NCBI RefSeq assembly: GCF_001447785.1
Contig: NW_015164187.1
Location: 676,552-740,551 of the forward strand
Length of the DNA: 64,000 nucleotides
Direction: 5' to 3'
Origin: Gekko japonicus
Taxonomy: Eukaryota
Shown piece by piece: positions 34,658-48,100 of the stretch. The notes beneath the pieces were generated by a model. The model made no database searches. It was given only the letters and a program-made list of their open reading frames with translations, and was not told the DNA's origin. Every line of letters starts with the position of its first letter. The first letter of the stretch is position 1. The position numbers and the translations under genes were made by a program.

Positions 34658-35110
34658 CATTTATTTATTTATACTTATTATTCTCTGCGCACACGGAGCT
34701 CAAGGCAGTGAACAACAGTAAAAATATTCATACATTAATAAAAAACAATTCCAACAATTAAATAAAAATAACAAAAACATTCTAAGATGGCGCTGAAACT
34801 TCAGAGTTCCAACATGTCTGTCTCGTGGGAGAGGTAGAGAGGAAGCAGAACGGAGGGAGGGGGAAGGGAGTGCCAGGTAGGGTGGTAGCCATCACTGTCC
34901 TCAACCAAAAGCCCCGTGGAATATCTCGCAAGCCCTGCGGAACTGCATCAGGTCCTGCAGTGTGCGGATCCCCCTGGCAGAGGGAGTCAGGGCAGCAAGA
35001 CATCTTTTGGGCTGGGGATTACCAGTAAGTTGTTCTCTGCAGAGCGTAAAGGAATTCGGGGGACATACATAGGATGGCTTATTAAATTCAAAGCAACCAG
35101 AATGTGACTC
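34658..35110 (-). mobile_element. L2 3' fragment
   Basis: (TAAA)n tail, CTGCCTTGAGC end, and similarity to the 3' part of the L2 at 9150-9370. Confidence 0.7.
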
Positions 35111-35619
35111 CTCATGCGGACTGAACTGGGGGTGTATGACAGGAAGTACTATATAATTTCCCCCCTCAACACACTCATATCGTCAGAAAATAGGCAACTA
35201 CTGTCAAGATGTGCAAATCTAGATATAACTTTCATTTGGTCTTGGAGGACTATCTGTTCCAGATTATTCCTTTCCTTGATGCGGAATCTTGTCTGTCACC
35301 AGGACATCTCAGTACTTTCTGAACAGAAACAGATGCATCTATGAAACAGATTTTTAAAAACAAACTATGAACTGTATGCCAGTCTCCAGGATTACAGCCA
35401 CTTCTACTTTAAACTGTGACTGAATGAATGGATGATGGGAGAGGAGACAAGACAGGAGGAAAAGTGAATTTTATTTCAATTAGTTGTAGAATATCGAGCA
35501 AGATTCTCCTCTTGGCTGCACTGTGTAGTATGAAGTAACCCCAGCAAACTTCAGCCGAATCACTCCAGAGTAACTGAAGGTAGAATAGGGGCTACTGTGT
35601 ATAAACAGCTCTACCTAGA

Positions 35620-35810
35620 ATATAACAAAGACTTCATTGTACTCCACGGTGCAGAGCCAATAAATGAATTCAAGAGACACTTAGATGTGTTTCTGGAATA
35701 GGAGGGGCCTGAGTGGTCTGGTGGGAAAGCAGGAAAGTGGGATTAAGATAAATTAAAATGTGGTTGGCATGTTGGGCTGGACGGCCCCTTCCTGCTCCTA
35801 TCATCTTGTA
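35620..35810 (+). mobile_element. Ancient CR1/L3-like 3' end
   Basis: TTCAAGAGACACTTAGATG...GGGCTGGACGGCCCCTTCCTGCTCC resembles old CR1 3' UTRs. Confidence 0.4.
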
Positions 35811-36834
35811 CAGCTTTTAAAAACAGGCTCAGCTACAAATCAGGATTTTACACTGAACAAACAAGTCTTGCGCGTTGCAGGATTAAGACTGTCCATGCAC
35901 CATGTGAGCAATGTTTTTGTTTAAAAGATGTGCTTATTTGATGTTAGGAATGCTTATTTCAAAATTTAATCCTCACATGTGTTTTTCCATAGCATTTAAA
36001 TTTCAGAAGAAGTAAGAGTTTTGAAGATTTAAAGAGAAGCTGACACCTCTGTGATTTGGTGCAGACATAAACATTAACGGGCATTTTAAGGATTGGGAGG
36101 AGGTAAAGTTACTAACAGTCCTGGAGAAAGGTGTCACGTTCCTTTAATGGAGGCTTAACATGTGGGAATGGACAAATGAAGCTTTCCATGGCATGGAGGT
36201 AAATAGCACCACCTGGTCAATAACATCCCAATAAACCTCTATTAAAAGGACTGGATATTTTGTCTCCAGGCCTGTTGGAAACCCAAGGATCAGGCTTTGG
36301 GATTGAGCACTCCCCCCCCACCCACATTTTGCCTCTCCAATATATGTTCTTTCTCTCCCTCTAATATATTTTGGCATTTCATGCAACCATCATCTATACA
36401 GGCTAACATTAATCCAGGGATACTGGTTTTAATGTAGAATGAAACCTGGGACACTGGATTTAATAAAATACTCATTCTGAGTTTAGGAGCACCTTGGGTT
36501 TCATTTTGACACAGTTTTATGACACCTGCACATAACATCAACTTTTGGTAGAGGGGGAAAGAGGGAATTCAGGCTTGGGAGAAGGACAAGAGTTTGAAAT
36601 CGCACATCAGCTTCCTGAAGCATTATTTTTTACATCTGAAGATTTGGCTATCCCTACTTAATTTGATTCCACATATTACAGTCTACTGTGTTTTTTTAAT
36701 TTGCATTTTTATAACTTAAGAATGAACATAAGACTGTATTCTTTACCAAGTACCAATTTATCAAATTACAGCATCCAGGTTAATCTAATATTTTGGTTTT
36801 TTGAGGGTTTTTTTTTAGAACTGACTAGTTAGAT

Positions 36835-36960
36835 CAGGGGTCACAAAACTTTTTTAGACTGCAAGCACATTTGGAATTCTGACACGGCATGGTGGGCGCG
36901 GCACCAAAATGGCTGCCGCAGGAGGCGGAACCAGTCACAAAATGATTACCACAGCTTAAC
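36835..36960. mobile_element. hAT MITE terminal fragment
   Basis: CAGGGGTCACAAAACTTTTT terminus and AAAATGGCTGCC subterminal motif. Confidence 0.5.
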
Positions 36961-39315
36961 TTCAGAAACACCGTGTAGATCCTCGTGTTGTGATAGAAAC
37001 TGCATACTCAGGTAGTGTTCTGTCTGCAGCTTTTGCTCACAGACTGACTGAGTGGCTGACACTTTAAAAAGCTTGTGCCCATTTACTGTAAGACAGAAGG
37101 CAGAGACAAGGGCAGAGATGGATCAAAAGGATATCTTTTATTGAGCCTAATGTTACTAACACTCTGAAACACTGTATCAAGTCAATTTTTATGCTTGTTT
37201 TTAAGTTTGGTAGAAAAGTCACAAGTGGAAAAATCAAATAAAGAACATTGGTTAGCCACAAAACTGGACACACCTGGCTGCATAACCACCAAAGAAACTG
37301 ACTTCATTAGTTCTAGGGGCAGCAGAGTAAAATTTATATATGAAATCTGCCTGCACCAGTAGAATTGCTGAGGCCAAAGGCTTTCTTTCTGTTTTTACAG
37401 CTGTGTCAAGTTTTGGTTCTCAACTCTTGCCAACAATCAAGAGTGCTGAAGGAGCCCAGGTTAAAGGGTCCCAAATATGTTGCAACCAAGATTCAGATTG
37501 AAACAATTTTAAGAGCCAGTCTATGAATTAATATACCATTTGAAATGGGGTAAGCATAAATTTGAAGTGTAAATGCTGCCTGTTGCATTGGTTCAAGCCA
37601 TGATGTCCCGTCCCTGTGTTTGTAATACCAGACAGCACATTGTAAATTAAACAAAGCTGCCAGAGCAGAAAGATAATGATTTTAACATCCACCCTCCCAT
37701 CAGCTACATATTGCCAGACAAGCAGATTGTAGTATTTCACTTGCTTTGCCTAAATATTGCATCATTTTCATATTCTCCAGTAAAATTATTCTTCAAAAAT
37801 ACTCCAATCAATGGTGTAGTTTTTTTAAAAAAGAAATAAGTTTAACAACATTTTTAAAATCTGTTTTTTTTTTTGGTGCAACTGAATTTTCTGTCAGTTA
37901 TACCGTAAAACTAATCATCCATGATGGCTAAACAATTCACTGATATGAAATGGCCAATTTATACAGCTTATAAAAGTCAAACTGACATATTGCAAATTAA
38001 ACATTTGGAGGTCAAAAGTCCCTCTGCTGTAGATTAGCAAATCCAATGGGAAATTGTCTCCCCTTTGGCCTAGAAAAGTATCATCAGTGTTAAAGAACAG
38101 ACATTTATTCCCAGATGCAGTTTAAAGCTTTTTGCCTTTCAGAATTTAAAGGAAATTCTGCTCTTAAAAGAATACAACTTTAAATCAAAAACAAGTTCAC
38201 TGGATGACTTTGAATAAGCATTTATCCTCAACCTAACCTACTATTCAGGGTTGTTTTAAAGGTACCGCAAAATGAAGAGTGGAGAACTATGGATGTCCTC
38301 AATCCCCTAGTGGGACAGACGTTCAACAGATAAGTAGAAATCAGGTAAGTGCTCTGATATTTCCTCTAGCTGCAGGCCTCAACAGATGTACAGAGGCAAA
38401 ATAATCACCCAGGTAAAGAAGAAACTGATTAATAAAGAATCAAATACCAAGGAGCAGAGTAAACAAATGTGACAGTTTTGGTATAACTGAACAAGGTCTT
38501 ATTTGGGATCACAGAGATGGAGGAGGAGAGGAAAAAAGGTAGAAAAATAATGGAACTGCATGCCAAGCATCCTGAAAAATTCTCCATATGGGCCTGAACA
38601 GACACACCAAGGTCTTATTTTATACAATTCCAAAATTATTACAGCTCACTATGCTGATGTAGCTAAGAGCTAGCTATGATTAAACTCCATTTAAGCCAAG
38701 CAGGATCTGAGATGCTGCCACACCTCACCAAAAAAATCCATTTCTTGATCACTCATCATTCATCAACAATCCAACTCCCCTCTTTAGAATTAATGATTAA
38801 AAATAATTGCACCAAAATAGTTTTCAACCACATGCACTCATCAAAACTAATGAGGCAAGTCATTCCTGACACTACAAGTATAGTCTACAAGTGTTTGCAG
38901 AATGAAGCTTCCATAGGTTTGCAAGCGTTGGAATCCATAGAGTGCCAAACATATGGCCCGCGGGTCAGAACTGGCCCCTGCAGGGCTCCCATCTGTCCCA
39001 CAAGCAACTGGCTTACTCCTGCTTCCTGCATTGCAGCTTGCTTTTGCCCAGCTCTCTCCAGCTTTCTGCCTCCAGGGGAGAGAAAGAAAGCCAAGCCTCC
39101 TTTCCCTGAATTGGCTGAGGGCTCCTCCCCCCTTCTTCTCCTTTGGGGAGGAAGGGAGGGGGAGTGAAAGAGCCAGAGAGAGCAAGAGAGAGAGAGAGTC
39201 CCGTGGCACTTTGTTGGTCTTAAAGGTCTCTCTGGCAGTTCCCCCCCTCCCTTCTTCCCTCTCTCTGAAGAAGTATGTATGCACACAAAAGCTTATACCT
39301 GAAATAAAATGTTGT

Positions 39316-39580
39316 TGAAGGAGGAGGAAATTGGATTTATACCCTGGCCTTCACTCAGTCTCAGAGCAGCTTACAAACTCCTTTCCCTTCCCCTCCCCAC
39401 AACAGACACCTTGTGAGGTAGGTGGGGCTGAGAGAGCTCTGAGAGAACTGTTCTTGAGGGAACAGCTCTGACAGAACAATGCCTTGCCCAAGGTCATCCA
39501 GCAGCTGCAAGTGGAGGAGTGGTGAATCAAACCTGGTTCTCCCAGATCAGAGTTCATGCACTTAACTACTACACCAAGCT
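39316..39580 (-). mobile_element. Squam3-like SINE
   Basis: Homologous to 3890-4163. Confidence 0.8.
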
Positions 39581-39992
39581 TTCATGAGTCACTCCTCACT
39601 TCTTCAGATACAGCTAGAATGTAAGTCCATCTGTCCTTATATCTTGGACAATGAAGTGATTTCAGACACTAAATGACAATAGCAGGTATTGGTTAATGAG
39701 AAGAAACCTAGGTCTCAATTCAGTCCAGGAGGATGCATTTTGTCTTGAGCTTCGTTATCAGTTGCAATTCAGCAGTCTCTCTAATCTCCCTCTGAAATTC
39801 CTTTGCAAGAGAACGGCTGCTCTTAGATCAGCAAATGAATGTCCTGGAAGGTTAAAATGGTCCCCTACTGGTTTTTGAATGTTGTGGTTTCTAATAACAG
39901 TAGGAAGAGTAAGAGCCCAGTAGCACCTTAAAGACTAACAAAATTTGTGGTAGGGTATGAGCTTTCGTGAATCACTGCTCACTTCTTCAGAC
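39578..39992 (-). mobile_element. Penelope-like element fragment (GIY-YIG C-terminus plus pseudo-LTR repeat)
   Basis: Minus strand IRNHNIQKPVGDHFNLPGHSFADLRAAVL. Direct repeat GCTTTC.TGA.TCACT.CTCACTTCTTCAGA near 39578 and 39961, plus the AGTAGCACCTTAAAGACTAAC Penelope end motif. Confidence 0.8.
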
Positions 39993-41139
39993 TTATTTCC
40001 CTTTATTCTTTGCATTCTCCTAGACTGAATCCGCCTGGACCAAAGTGAGACCTACGTTTCCAGACTCATTACCAATGCTGATATCTCCACGTCTCCAGTA
40101 CCTCATGTTACATTTTATGACACACATGGCCCAACCTAACAAAGTGACATTTATGTCAGATCCTGCCCTCGTAACAAATGAGTTTGACACCTCTGCCATA
40201 CACTGTCAGTGGAAGGGAGTTTCACACCATTCAGTGCAGAAATAGTGACACCAGGCTTAGGAGACCAGAAAAGACTAAAAGCCCCAAAAGAACAAGCAAG
40301 CTTCAGCAAAGAGGAGGAAGCAGCTGAAATTACTCCTCTTTTATGAGCAGAAACTTTCTATGACCTGACCAAGGCTTACTATAATTTGGTTTGTTCATAG
40401 GTGGCATCCTTTTTGTATAGTACACAATGGGTAATCTGAAGACATTAGAAAAGAGCCCAAAAGCAGACCTAAAATACAATGATTCTATGACAACTGTTAA
40501 CAGATTAACAGATACACATCATATGAAGGGTCACTGAGAGGAGGGCTAGGGTGACAAAATCCCAGGGCCCCAAGTCCACTGACAGCCTTATGGTGTATTC
40601 ATGGAATGCATTAAAAAAAATTCTAATGAAGTTCTGACTGCAGCCATTTGGGGCATGGGAGAGGTAGGGCATGATAAAGAGCGGTATCTCTGATTACTGG
40701 TTTGCCATTTCTACAAAGTTTACTATGAGGCTGAAGGAAAGTCTTGTTTCTCAGATCCAGCTAAACCCATCAGCGGAGCCAGCATTGGAGCAAGGCAAGA
40801 CCAGCGAGGACAAGCTACAGTTACTGCCAGGATGTAACCTCCTAAAAAGGTTGTTATCTCCAGCAGTCTATGGTTTCCCTCTCCCTTTAGTTCCACCCAG
40901 CTCCTGCACAGCCAGATCCTGCAAAAGAGCAGCCCTGATAGTGTGCGGTAGAAAAATAATAATAATAATAATAAACCTTTAATTGCCTTTTCCTACATCT
41001 CCCTAACCCTTTCCACACTTTTCTCCTCCTTTGTTTTGCTCTCTTCCTTTCATGATCCGCCAGTAGTCTATCCCCACTTCTAATTCCCCCTCCCCTTATT
41101 TTTCAGTCTTAACTCCTTCTCATCCATCCTGGTTGGCAA

Positions 41140-41362
41140 CTTGGTGGTGGTGGAAAGTGCCATCAAGTCACAGCCAACTTACGGCGACCCTGTAGGGTTT
41201 TCAAGGCAAGAAATATTCAGAGGTGGTTTGTCATTACCTGCCTCTGCATAGCAAGCCTGGACTCCCTTGGCAGTCTCCCATGCCAGTTCTAACCAGGGCC
41301 AACACTGCTTAGCTTTGAAGATCTGATGAGAATGGCCTAGCCTGGGCCATCCAGGTCAGGAC
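41140..41362 (-). mobile_element. 5S rRNA-derived SINE with RTE-type tail (5S-Sauria-like)
   Basis: Minus strand CAGATCTTCAAAGCTAAGCAG...CCCTGGTTAGAACTGGCATGGGAGAC (5S internal control region), tail GGGTCGCCGTAAGT...GACTTGATGGCAC. Confidence 0.8.
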
Positions 41363-41482
41363 AATACCTACTACTGATCTGCACCCTTCCAACTACACTG
41401 GTTGCCAATTTTGAGATTCCTCATTTTATTTTCTGAGTTATGCTTGCCACAAATGGACAGACAGATGGACGTGTGGATCCTC

Positions 41483-41484
<2 letters not shown>

Positions 41485-41522
<38 letters not shown>

Positions 41523-41523
41523 G
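41485..41523. repeat. (ATT)n microsatellite
   Basis: Direct observation. Confidence 0.95.
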
Positions 41524-42695
41524 AGATGCATGGTTAACAGCCAGCCAAATGATTTGCTTTGTTATGATATGTGGTTTGGATTGGGGGCAGATGGCGGCTC
41601 TTAGAATCCCTGATTATATGACGCTGAAGGGTGGAATAAGTATGAAGGATAAAGATATGGAAAAGACAGCTGCATTTGAGTAATTAGTACTGAATAAAAC
41701 AGAGGGAGGAAGGCCTCTTATTGGAAGCCACAGATTTCAGAGAATGCAAAATCGTATCTCCTTAGTCTGAGGAGCCTCATGTTTCAGAAAGCAAAGCTAC
41801 ACAACTGGTTTCTCTTTCAGCCAAAAGGATTACCTGAGGAAAAGAGACAGATGTGGAACTAAGGGTGCTTGGGGGAAGGCTTGATACCTTTCTACAAGAT
41901 CCTTTGGAGTAAAAGCAACTCAAACCCTGTCTTGTGAATGGCCAGAATACAATTTAACCCATCTCGGATTATCAAAGGTTGAAATTTGCAAAGAATCACA
42001 GTACCATAACATCATTAGACCTCCATATTAAGCCATTTGGTGAGCAACAAGAAATCACTGGCTAAATTTGGGGTTGGATCCAGTGCTTGTTTTCCAGAGC
42101 AGAAGGGCACATTGTCTGGGGAAAGGGATTGCCAATTCCATCTTCCCACTGCAGGCCCCATATCACGGCCAGAACTTTTCCTGCAGCTCCCCTGAAATCC
42201 GGGGGGGGGGGGGGGGGGGGCCAGAGATGGAGACAGAAAAGTTCTAAAGCACAGAGTTCTGCTTGCAGTATTGTGACTACAACACCTGGTGCTGATACCT
42301 TGTTTTGACTAGATACCAATCATCCCATTCATCAGTAGCTGTGGAGTTACTTGCCTGCTGCTCTGACACAACTACATTAATGGAATATGAGAATTCCAAA
42401 CTAACAAGTTACTATGGTGCAATTACTTCACAATGAAGAGACAGCTTTGAATCTGGCCCAAGATAAAAATGATAGTTAGCTGTACTTGTTTAAAGGGACA
42501 GACCAACCTGAACACCATTTGTCCACTGTCATCCTACTCATAATCGTTCTGGGTATACAAAACAGAGACATCTTAAGTGGACTACTGAGACAATGGTTTG
42601 CTCCATCTGAATCCTGAAGTGCTGGTTTTATGACACAGCCATAATAGATGGTTAAAGGGTGACAACTGAGTCTCTGCCAGACAAAGATTACTTAC

Positions 42696-42804
42696 CCCCA
42701 TCACCTTGCCACGTTGCTCAACGTCTTCCCACATAGAATGAACTATATAGCGACACATGTATTTTCCCGCTCGACCCTCTTGCTTCATTCGTACTAAACA
42801 CATC
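42696..42804 (-). CDS. UQCC1: UQCC1 coding exon (MCLVRMKQEGRAGKYMCRYIVHSMWEDVEQRGKVMG)
   Basis: 109 bp, ttttctag acceptor, gtaagt donor. It is contained in ORF 42582..42803 and matches UQCC1. Confidence 0.97.
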
Positions 42805-43067
42805 CTAGAAAAAAGGGAAGATAATTTGTTTGCCTTAAAGATTCAGGGAATTTTAGAAGTTTAATAATATAGGATATGAAAACAAGTAGGGGGGGAGAAG
42901 GCGACAGAGAATTGATGTATGTGTCTAAGAACAGAGACTGTAATAGTACTCCCACCCTATAGCAGAATTGCTATCTTAGACAATCAAAGCAGAGGCAGGA
43001 ATCTAACCTAAAGAGTCTTCCTTCAATTTAGTGGAAGAAAGGGCCACTTAAATTGGAGGAAGGCTTT

Positions 43068-43300
43068 TAAAAATTTTTTTGCATGTGTGTGTGTGCGTGT
43101 GCCTGGAAGTCATGGTGACCTCTGGTGACTCCTACTGGAGCATGGAGAACGTTCAGAGAAGTGGCTTGATAGCCTGCCTCTCCCTTCTGGCCTTGGTATT
43201 CTTTGGAGGTCTCCCATCCAAATACTTGCCAGGGTCGGACCTGGTTAGCTTCTAAGATCTGACGAGCCTGGGTTTGCCTGGGCTATCCAGGTCAGGGCAC
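43068..43300 (-). mobile_element. 5S rRNA-derived SINE with 16-bp TSD
   Basis: 5S-like head, (CA)n tail. TSD ATTGG(A/C)GGAAGGCTTT at 43052-43067 and 43301-43316. Confidence 0.85.
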
Positions 43301-43559
43301 ATTGGCGGAAGGCTTTGAGCTCTGCTCAGTGGAGTGGGTAGGGTCCGCTCTACTAACAGAGAAAACCCAATGAGAATCTAAGGGCCAAGCCACCCATAGC
43401 AGGTGGATTCATTTTTATATATTCATATGTCAAGGAGTAGATCTGACCCCTCCTGAGATGTTTAAAATTTTTCCCTGATTGGGGGGGATCTCATTTTAGC
43501 CAAACTGTTTACTCACATGAATATTGCATATTGTAGTTCCAGTATTTACTCACATGAAT

Positions 43560-44590
43560 ATTGCAGTTCCAGTATTTAAAAAGGGAAGTAAATCAGCCCT
43601 TCATAACTATCATCCAATAAGTTTGCTGGATATAGCCTCCAGACTATATAGCAGATATCTTCTACGTAAACTGGAGGATTAGGAGGTTCCTAACCATGCT
43701 ATCCACCCTGAGCAAGCAGGCTTTAGAAAAGAGCAAAGCACAACCAATCACTGCCTAACTCTTTACCAACTAGCCCTCTTCGCCAAGGGTTCCATCAAAT
43801 CTTTATATACAACTTTTGTAGCTCTAGCAGCAGCCTTTTATTTAATTGACAGCAAATGGCTTTGGCCAAAACTGGCAGGCACAAACATCAACAAGGGCCT
43901 ACTGTTTATGTTACAGGAACTCCACACCAGCATTTTTGCTACAAAAGACAGGCACCTCTGGCTCACTAACTGAGGAGATCCCAATTAGCAGAAGGGTAAA
44001 ATGGGGTCTGTTTGGGCCCCACTGTTTTTCAATTTATATGTAAATGACATCATTCTGAGGTTATTAGGCCTTGAGTTTCTTCCACCTTCTTTGGGTTCCA
44101 GTAAAATATCAATTTTTCTATATGTGGACAATATTATTCTAATGTCTCTCATATGCATTGGCCTCAAACGGATACTACATAAGCCAGGCAACATCTGCAG
44201 AGGCCTTAATATTAACTATTCTAAGACCAAAGTAATGGTCTTTAGAAAAAGGCCTCATCAATTTAAGTGGACCATAGGTGGTACCCCAATAGATCAATGT
44301 AGCACCTTTAGATATCTTGGGAAACCCTTAGTGAAACCTGTCTTGGTGGGCTCATTTGGTGATCACCAGATCTACAATTGTAAGAACCACAGGTGCTATT
44401 TTGAAATTTTACATAATGACAGGTTTCCTGATAGACCCAGCTCTGCAATTATATCAGAGTAAGGCTGGCCCACAACTTTGGACAGAAAACAGGAATCCAC
44501 CCAAAATATATTTTAAAAGAGAATTTTAGCTTTTCCCAGAGACACTCCAGAGGCTCTGATGGGGGCAGAACTGACTTCAAACAGATCCCC
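43560..44590 (+). mobile_element. Degraded RTE-X-like LINE RT fragment
   Basis: NYHPISLLD, EQAGFRKEQST, APLFFNLYVND, FLYVDN and INYSKTKVMVF; resembles the element at 6668-8310. Confidence 0.75.
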
Positions 44591-45189
44591 TGTACATGTT
44601 TTTTAAAATATTTTAGTTAATCATATAATATTACAGTCTTTCAAAAGAACCAAGTATAATCAAAGTATACAGAATTGAAATACTGAACAATATAATAAGG
44701 TTACAAACCATCAGTAAAATTAAGTATGAATAACTAAACAGAGTAAACTAGAAATACAAGTGCAGGGCTGAGAAGTTTATTGAACACAGATTTACACCAG
44801 CAGTGGAACAGTGTGTTAGACTAAGGAATAGATACTATCCATTCAGCGTGAGCAGTGAAGAGAGAGTTGGCTTTTACTTAAAACATAGCAATCACTTGAG
44901 AGATCAGACCAACACTTGAGCATCAGAGGTTGCCATTTATCTAGGAGACTGGATTGACCTGAGGTATCTCTAAAATTATCCAAATTGTATGCAATCTTAT
45001 CCAGGATAAATAAGTCCCATAACTTCAAGTCCCGTTCTTGCAGTGATAGAATTGATGTAGACTTCCAATATCATGAAACAAGACATTTAGCAATAATTAA
45101 CATTATCATAATTAGTTTTTGTTTTGCTTTGGAGATTTTGCAATTTCCCCACAGATTGAGAAGAATTAATTCCGGGTACATGTTGTCAT

Positions 45190-48100
45190 CCCCCTCATGG
45201 ATGTCATGTTCGGTGTTGCCCATTTGGTGATGTCATCCCCCTCATCCCCCTCCCTTGTCATGGCGAGGGAGCTTGAGCAGTTCAATGAAGCTGTGGGCTA
45301 TGCCGTGAAGGGCCACCCAAGACGGACAGGCCACAGCAGAGAACTCAGACCAAGTGTGATCCACTGGAGAAGGAAATGGCAACCCACTCCAGTATCTTTG
45401 CCAAGAAAACCCTATGGACAGTAACAAAAGGCTAAAAGATATGACGCCGGAAGATGAGCCCCTCAGGTCGGAAGGTGTCCAATATGCTACTGAGGAAGAG
45501 CAAAGGGCAAGTACAAGTAACCCCAGAAAGAGTGAAGTGGCTGGGCCAAAGCCGAAAGGATGCTCAGTTGTGGATGTGTCTGATGGTGAAAGGAAAGTTC
45601 GATGCTGCAAAGAACAATACTACATAGGAACCTGGAATGTAAGATCTATGAATCAAGGTAAGCTTGACGTGGTCAAAGAGATGGCAAGACTGAACATCGA
45701 TATCCTAGGAATCAGTGAACTAAAGTGGACAGGAATGGGCGAATTTAACTCAGAAGACCATTATATCTACTACTGTGGCCAGGAATCTCGTAGAAAAAAT
45801 GGTGTGGCCTTTATAGTCAACAAGAGAGTGCAAAAGTCAGTATTGGGATACAATCTCAAAAATGACAAAATTGATTTCGGTCCGATTCCAAGGCAAACCA
45901 TTCAACATCACAGTAATCCAAGGCTATGCCCCAACCACTGATGCAGAAGAGGCTGAAGTGGACCGGTTCTATGAAGACCTACAACACCTCCTAGAACTAA
46001 CACCAAAAAATGATGTCCTCATCATCATAGGGGACTGGAATGCTAAAGTAGGAAGTCAAAAGGTAACCGGAATAACAGACAAGTTTGGCCTTGGAAAGCA
46101 AAATGAAGCAGGGCAAAGGTTAACAGAGTTTTGTCAAGAGAACACACTGGTCATAGCGAACACCCTTTTCCAACAACCTAAGAGACGACTCTACACATGG
46201 ACATCACCAGATGGGCAACACCGAAATCAGATTGACTATATAATTTGCAGTCAAAGATGGAGAAGCTCTATCCAGTCAGTAAAAACAAGACCTGGAGCTG
46301 ACTGTGGTTCAGATCATGAGCTACTCATTGCAAAATTCAGACTTAAACTGAAGAAAATTGGGAAAACCACGAGGCCATTCAGGTTTGACCTAGATCGCAT
46401 CCCTGATGAATATACAGTAGAGGTGAAGAATAGATTCAAGGGTCTGGATTTGATAGATAGAGTGCCTGAAGAACTATGGACGGAGGTTCGTGACATTGTA
46501 CAGGAGGCAGCAATCACCACCATACCAAAGAAAAAGAAATGCAAGAAAGCAAAATGGCTTTCTGATGAGGCTTTACAAATAGCAGAGGAAAGAAGGAAAG
46601 CGAAAGGCAAAGGCGAAAAGGAAAGATTTACCCAACTGAACGCAGATTTCCAGAGAACAGCAAGGAGAGATAAGGAGGCCTTCCTGAATGAACAGTGCAA
46701 AGTAATAGAAGAAAACAATAGAATGGGAAGGACTAGAGATCTCTTCAAGAAAATTGGAGAAATCAAGGGAGCGTTCCATGCAAAGCTGGCCATGATAAAG
46801 GACAAAAACGGTAGGGACCTAACAGAAGCAGAAGAGATTAGGAAAAGATGGCAAGAATACACAGAAGAACTATACAAGAAAGACCTCGATGTCCTTGACA
46901 ACCACGACGGTATAATCACTGACCTCGAGCCAGACATCCTGGAATGTGAAGTTAAATGGGCCTTAGAAAGCATTACTAACAACAAAGCTAGTGGAGGTGA
47001 TGGTATCCCAGCTGAGCTATTCAAAGTCTTAGAAGAGGATGCTGTTAAAGTTCTGCACTCCATTTGCCAGCAAATTTGGAAAACGCAACAGTGGCCACAG
47101 GATTGGAAAAGATCAGTATACATTCCAATCCCAAAGAAGGGCAATGCCAAGGAATGTTCAAACTATCGCACAATTGCACTCATATCACACGCTAGCAAGG
47201 TCATGCTCAAGATCCTACAAGCTAGGCTTCAACAGTACGTGGATAGAGAACTACCAGAAGTACAAGCTGGGTTTCGAAGAGGTAGAGGAACGAGAGATCA
47301 TATTGCCAACATTCGCTGGATTATGGAGAAAGCAAGAGAGTACCAGAAAAATATCTACTTCTGCTTCATTGACTATGCTAAAGCCTTTGACTGTGTGGAT
47401 CACAACAAACTATGGCAGGTCCTTAAAGAGATGGGAGTACCAGACCACCTCACATGTCTCTTGAGAAACCTGTATAAGGGCCAAGAAGCGACAGTTAGAA
47501 CCGGATACGGAACAACTGATTGGTTCAGCATAGGAAAAGGAGTACGACAAGGATGTATACTGTCACCTTGCTTATTTAATATATATGCAGAGTACATCAT
47601 GCGAAATGCTGGCCTGGATGAATCACAAGCGGGAATTAAGATTGCTGGGGAAAAGATCAACAACCTCAGATATGCAGATGATACCACTCTAATGGCTGAA
47701 AGTGAAAAGGATCTAAAGAGCCTCTTGCTCAGAGTAAAAGAGGAGAGCGCAAAAGTGGGCTTGAAGCTCAACATCAAAAAAACTAAGATCATGGCATCCG
47801 GCCCCATCACTCCTTGGCAAATAGAAGGGGAAGTCGTGGAAGTAGTGACAGACTTCACGTTCCTGGGATCCCAGATCACCGCAGACTGTGACTGCAGCCA
47901 TGAAATTAAAAGACGCCTGCTCCTTGGGAGGAAAGCGATGGCGAACCTAAACAGAATGTTAAAAAGTAGAGACATCACCCTGCCAACAAAAGTCCGCATG
48001 GTCAAAGCAATGGTATTCCCAGTAGTCATGTATGGCTGCGAGAGTTGGACTATAAGGAAGGCCGAGCGCCGAAGAATAGATTCTTTTGAACTATGGTGCT

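Larger units (their letters stand above)
38936..40195. mobile_element. hAT (Charlie-like) non-autonomous element hosting SINE and Penelope insertions
   Basis: Left end ..GTGCCAAAC.TATGGCCCGCGGG, right end GAGTTTGACACCTCTG. Same family as 58224-58641. Confidence 0.7.

Noticed and set aside
46314-48029. Long minus-strand ORFs (278 aa, 209 aa)
   Set aside because: They are antisense shadows of the BovB ORF, repeated in the second BovB copy.
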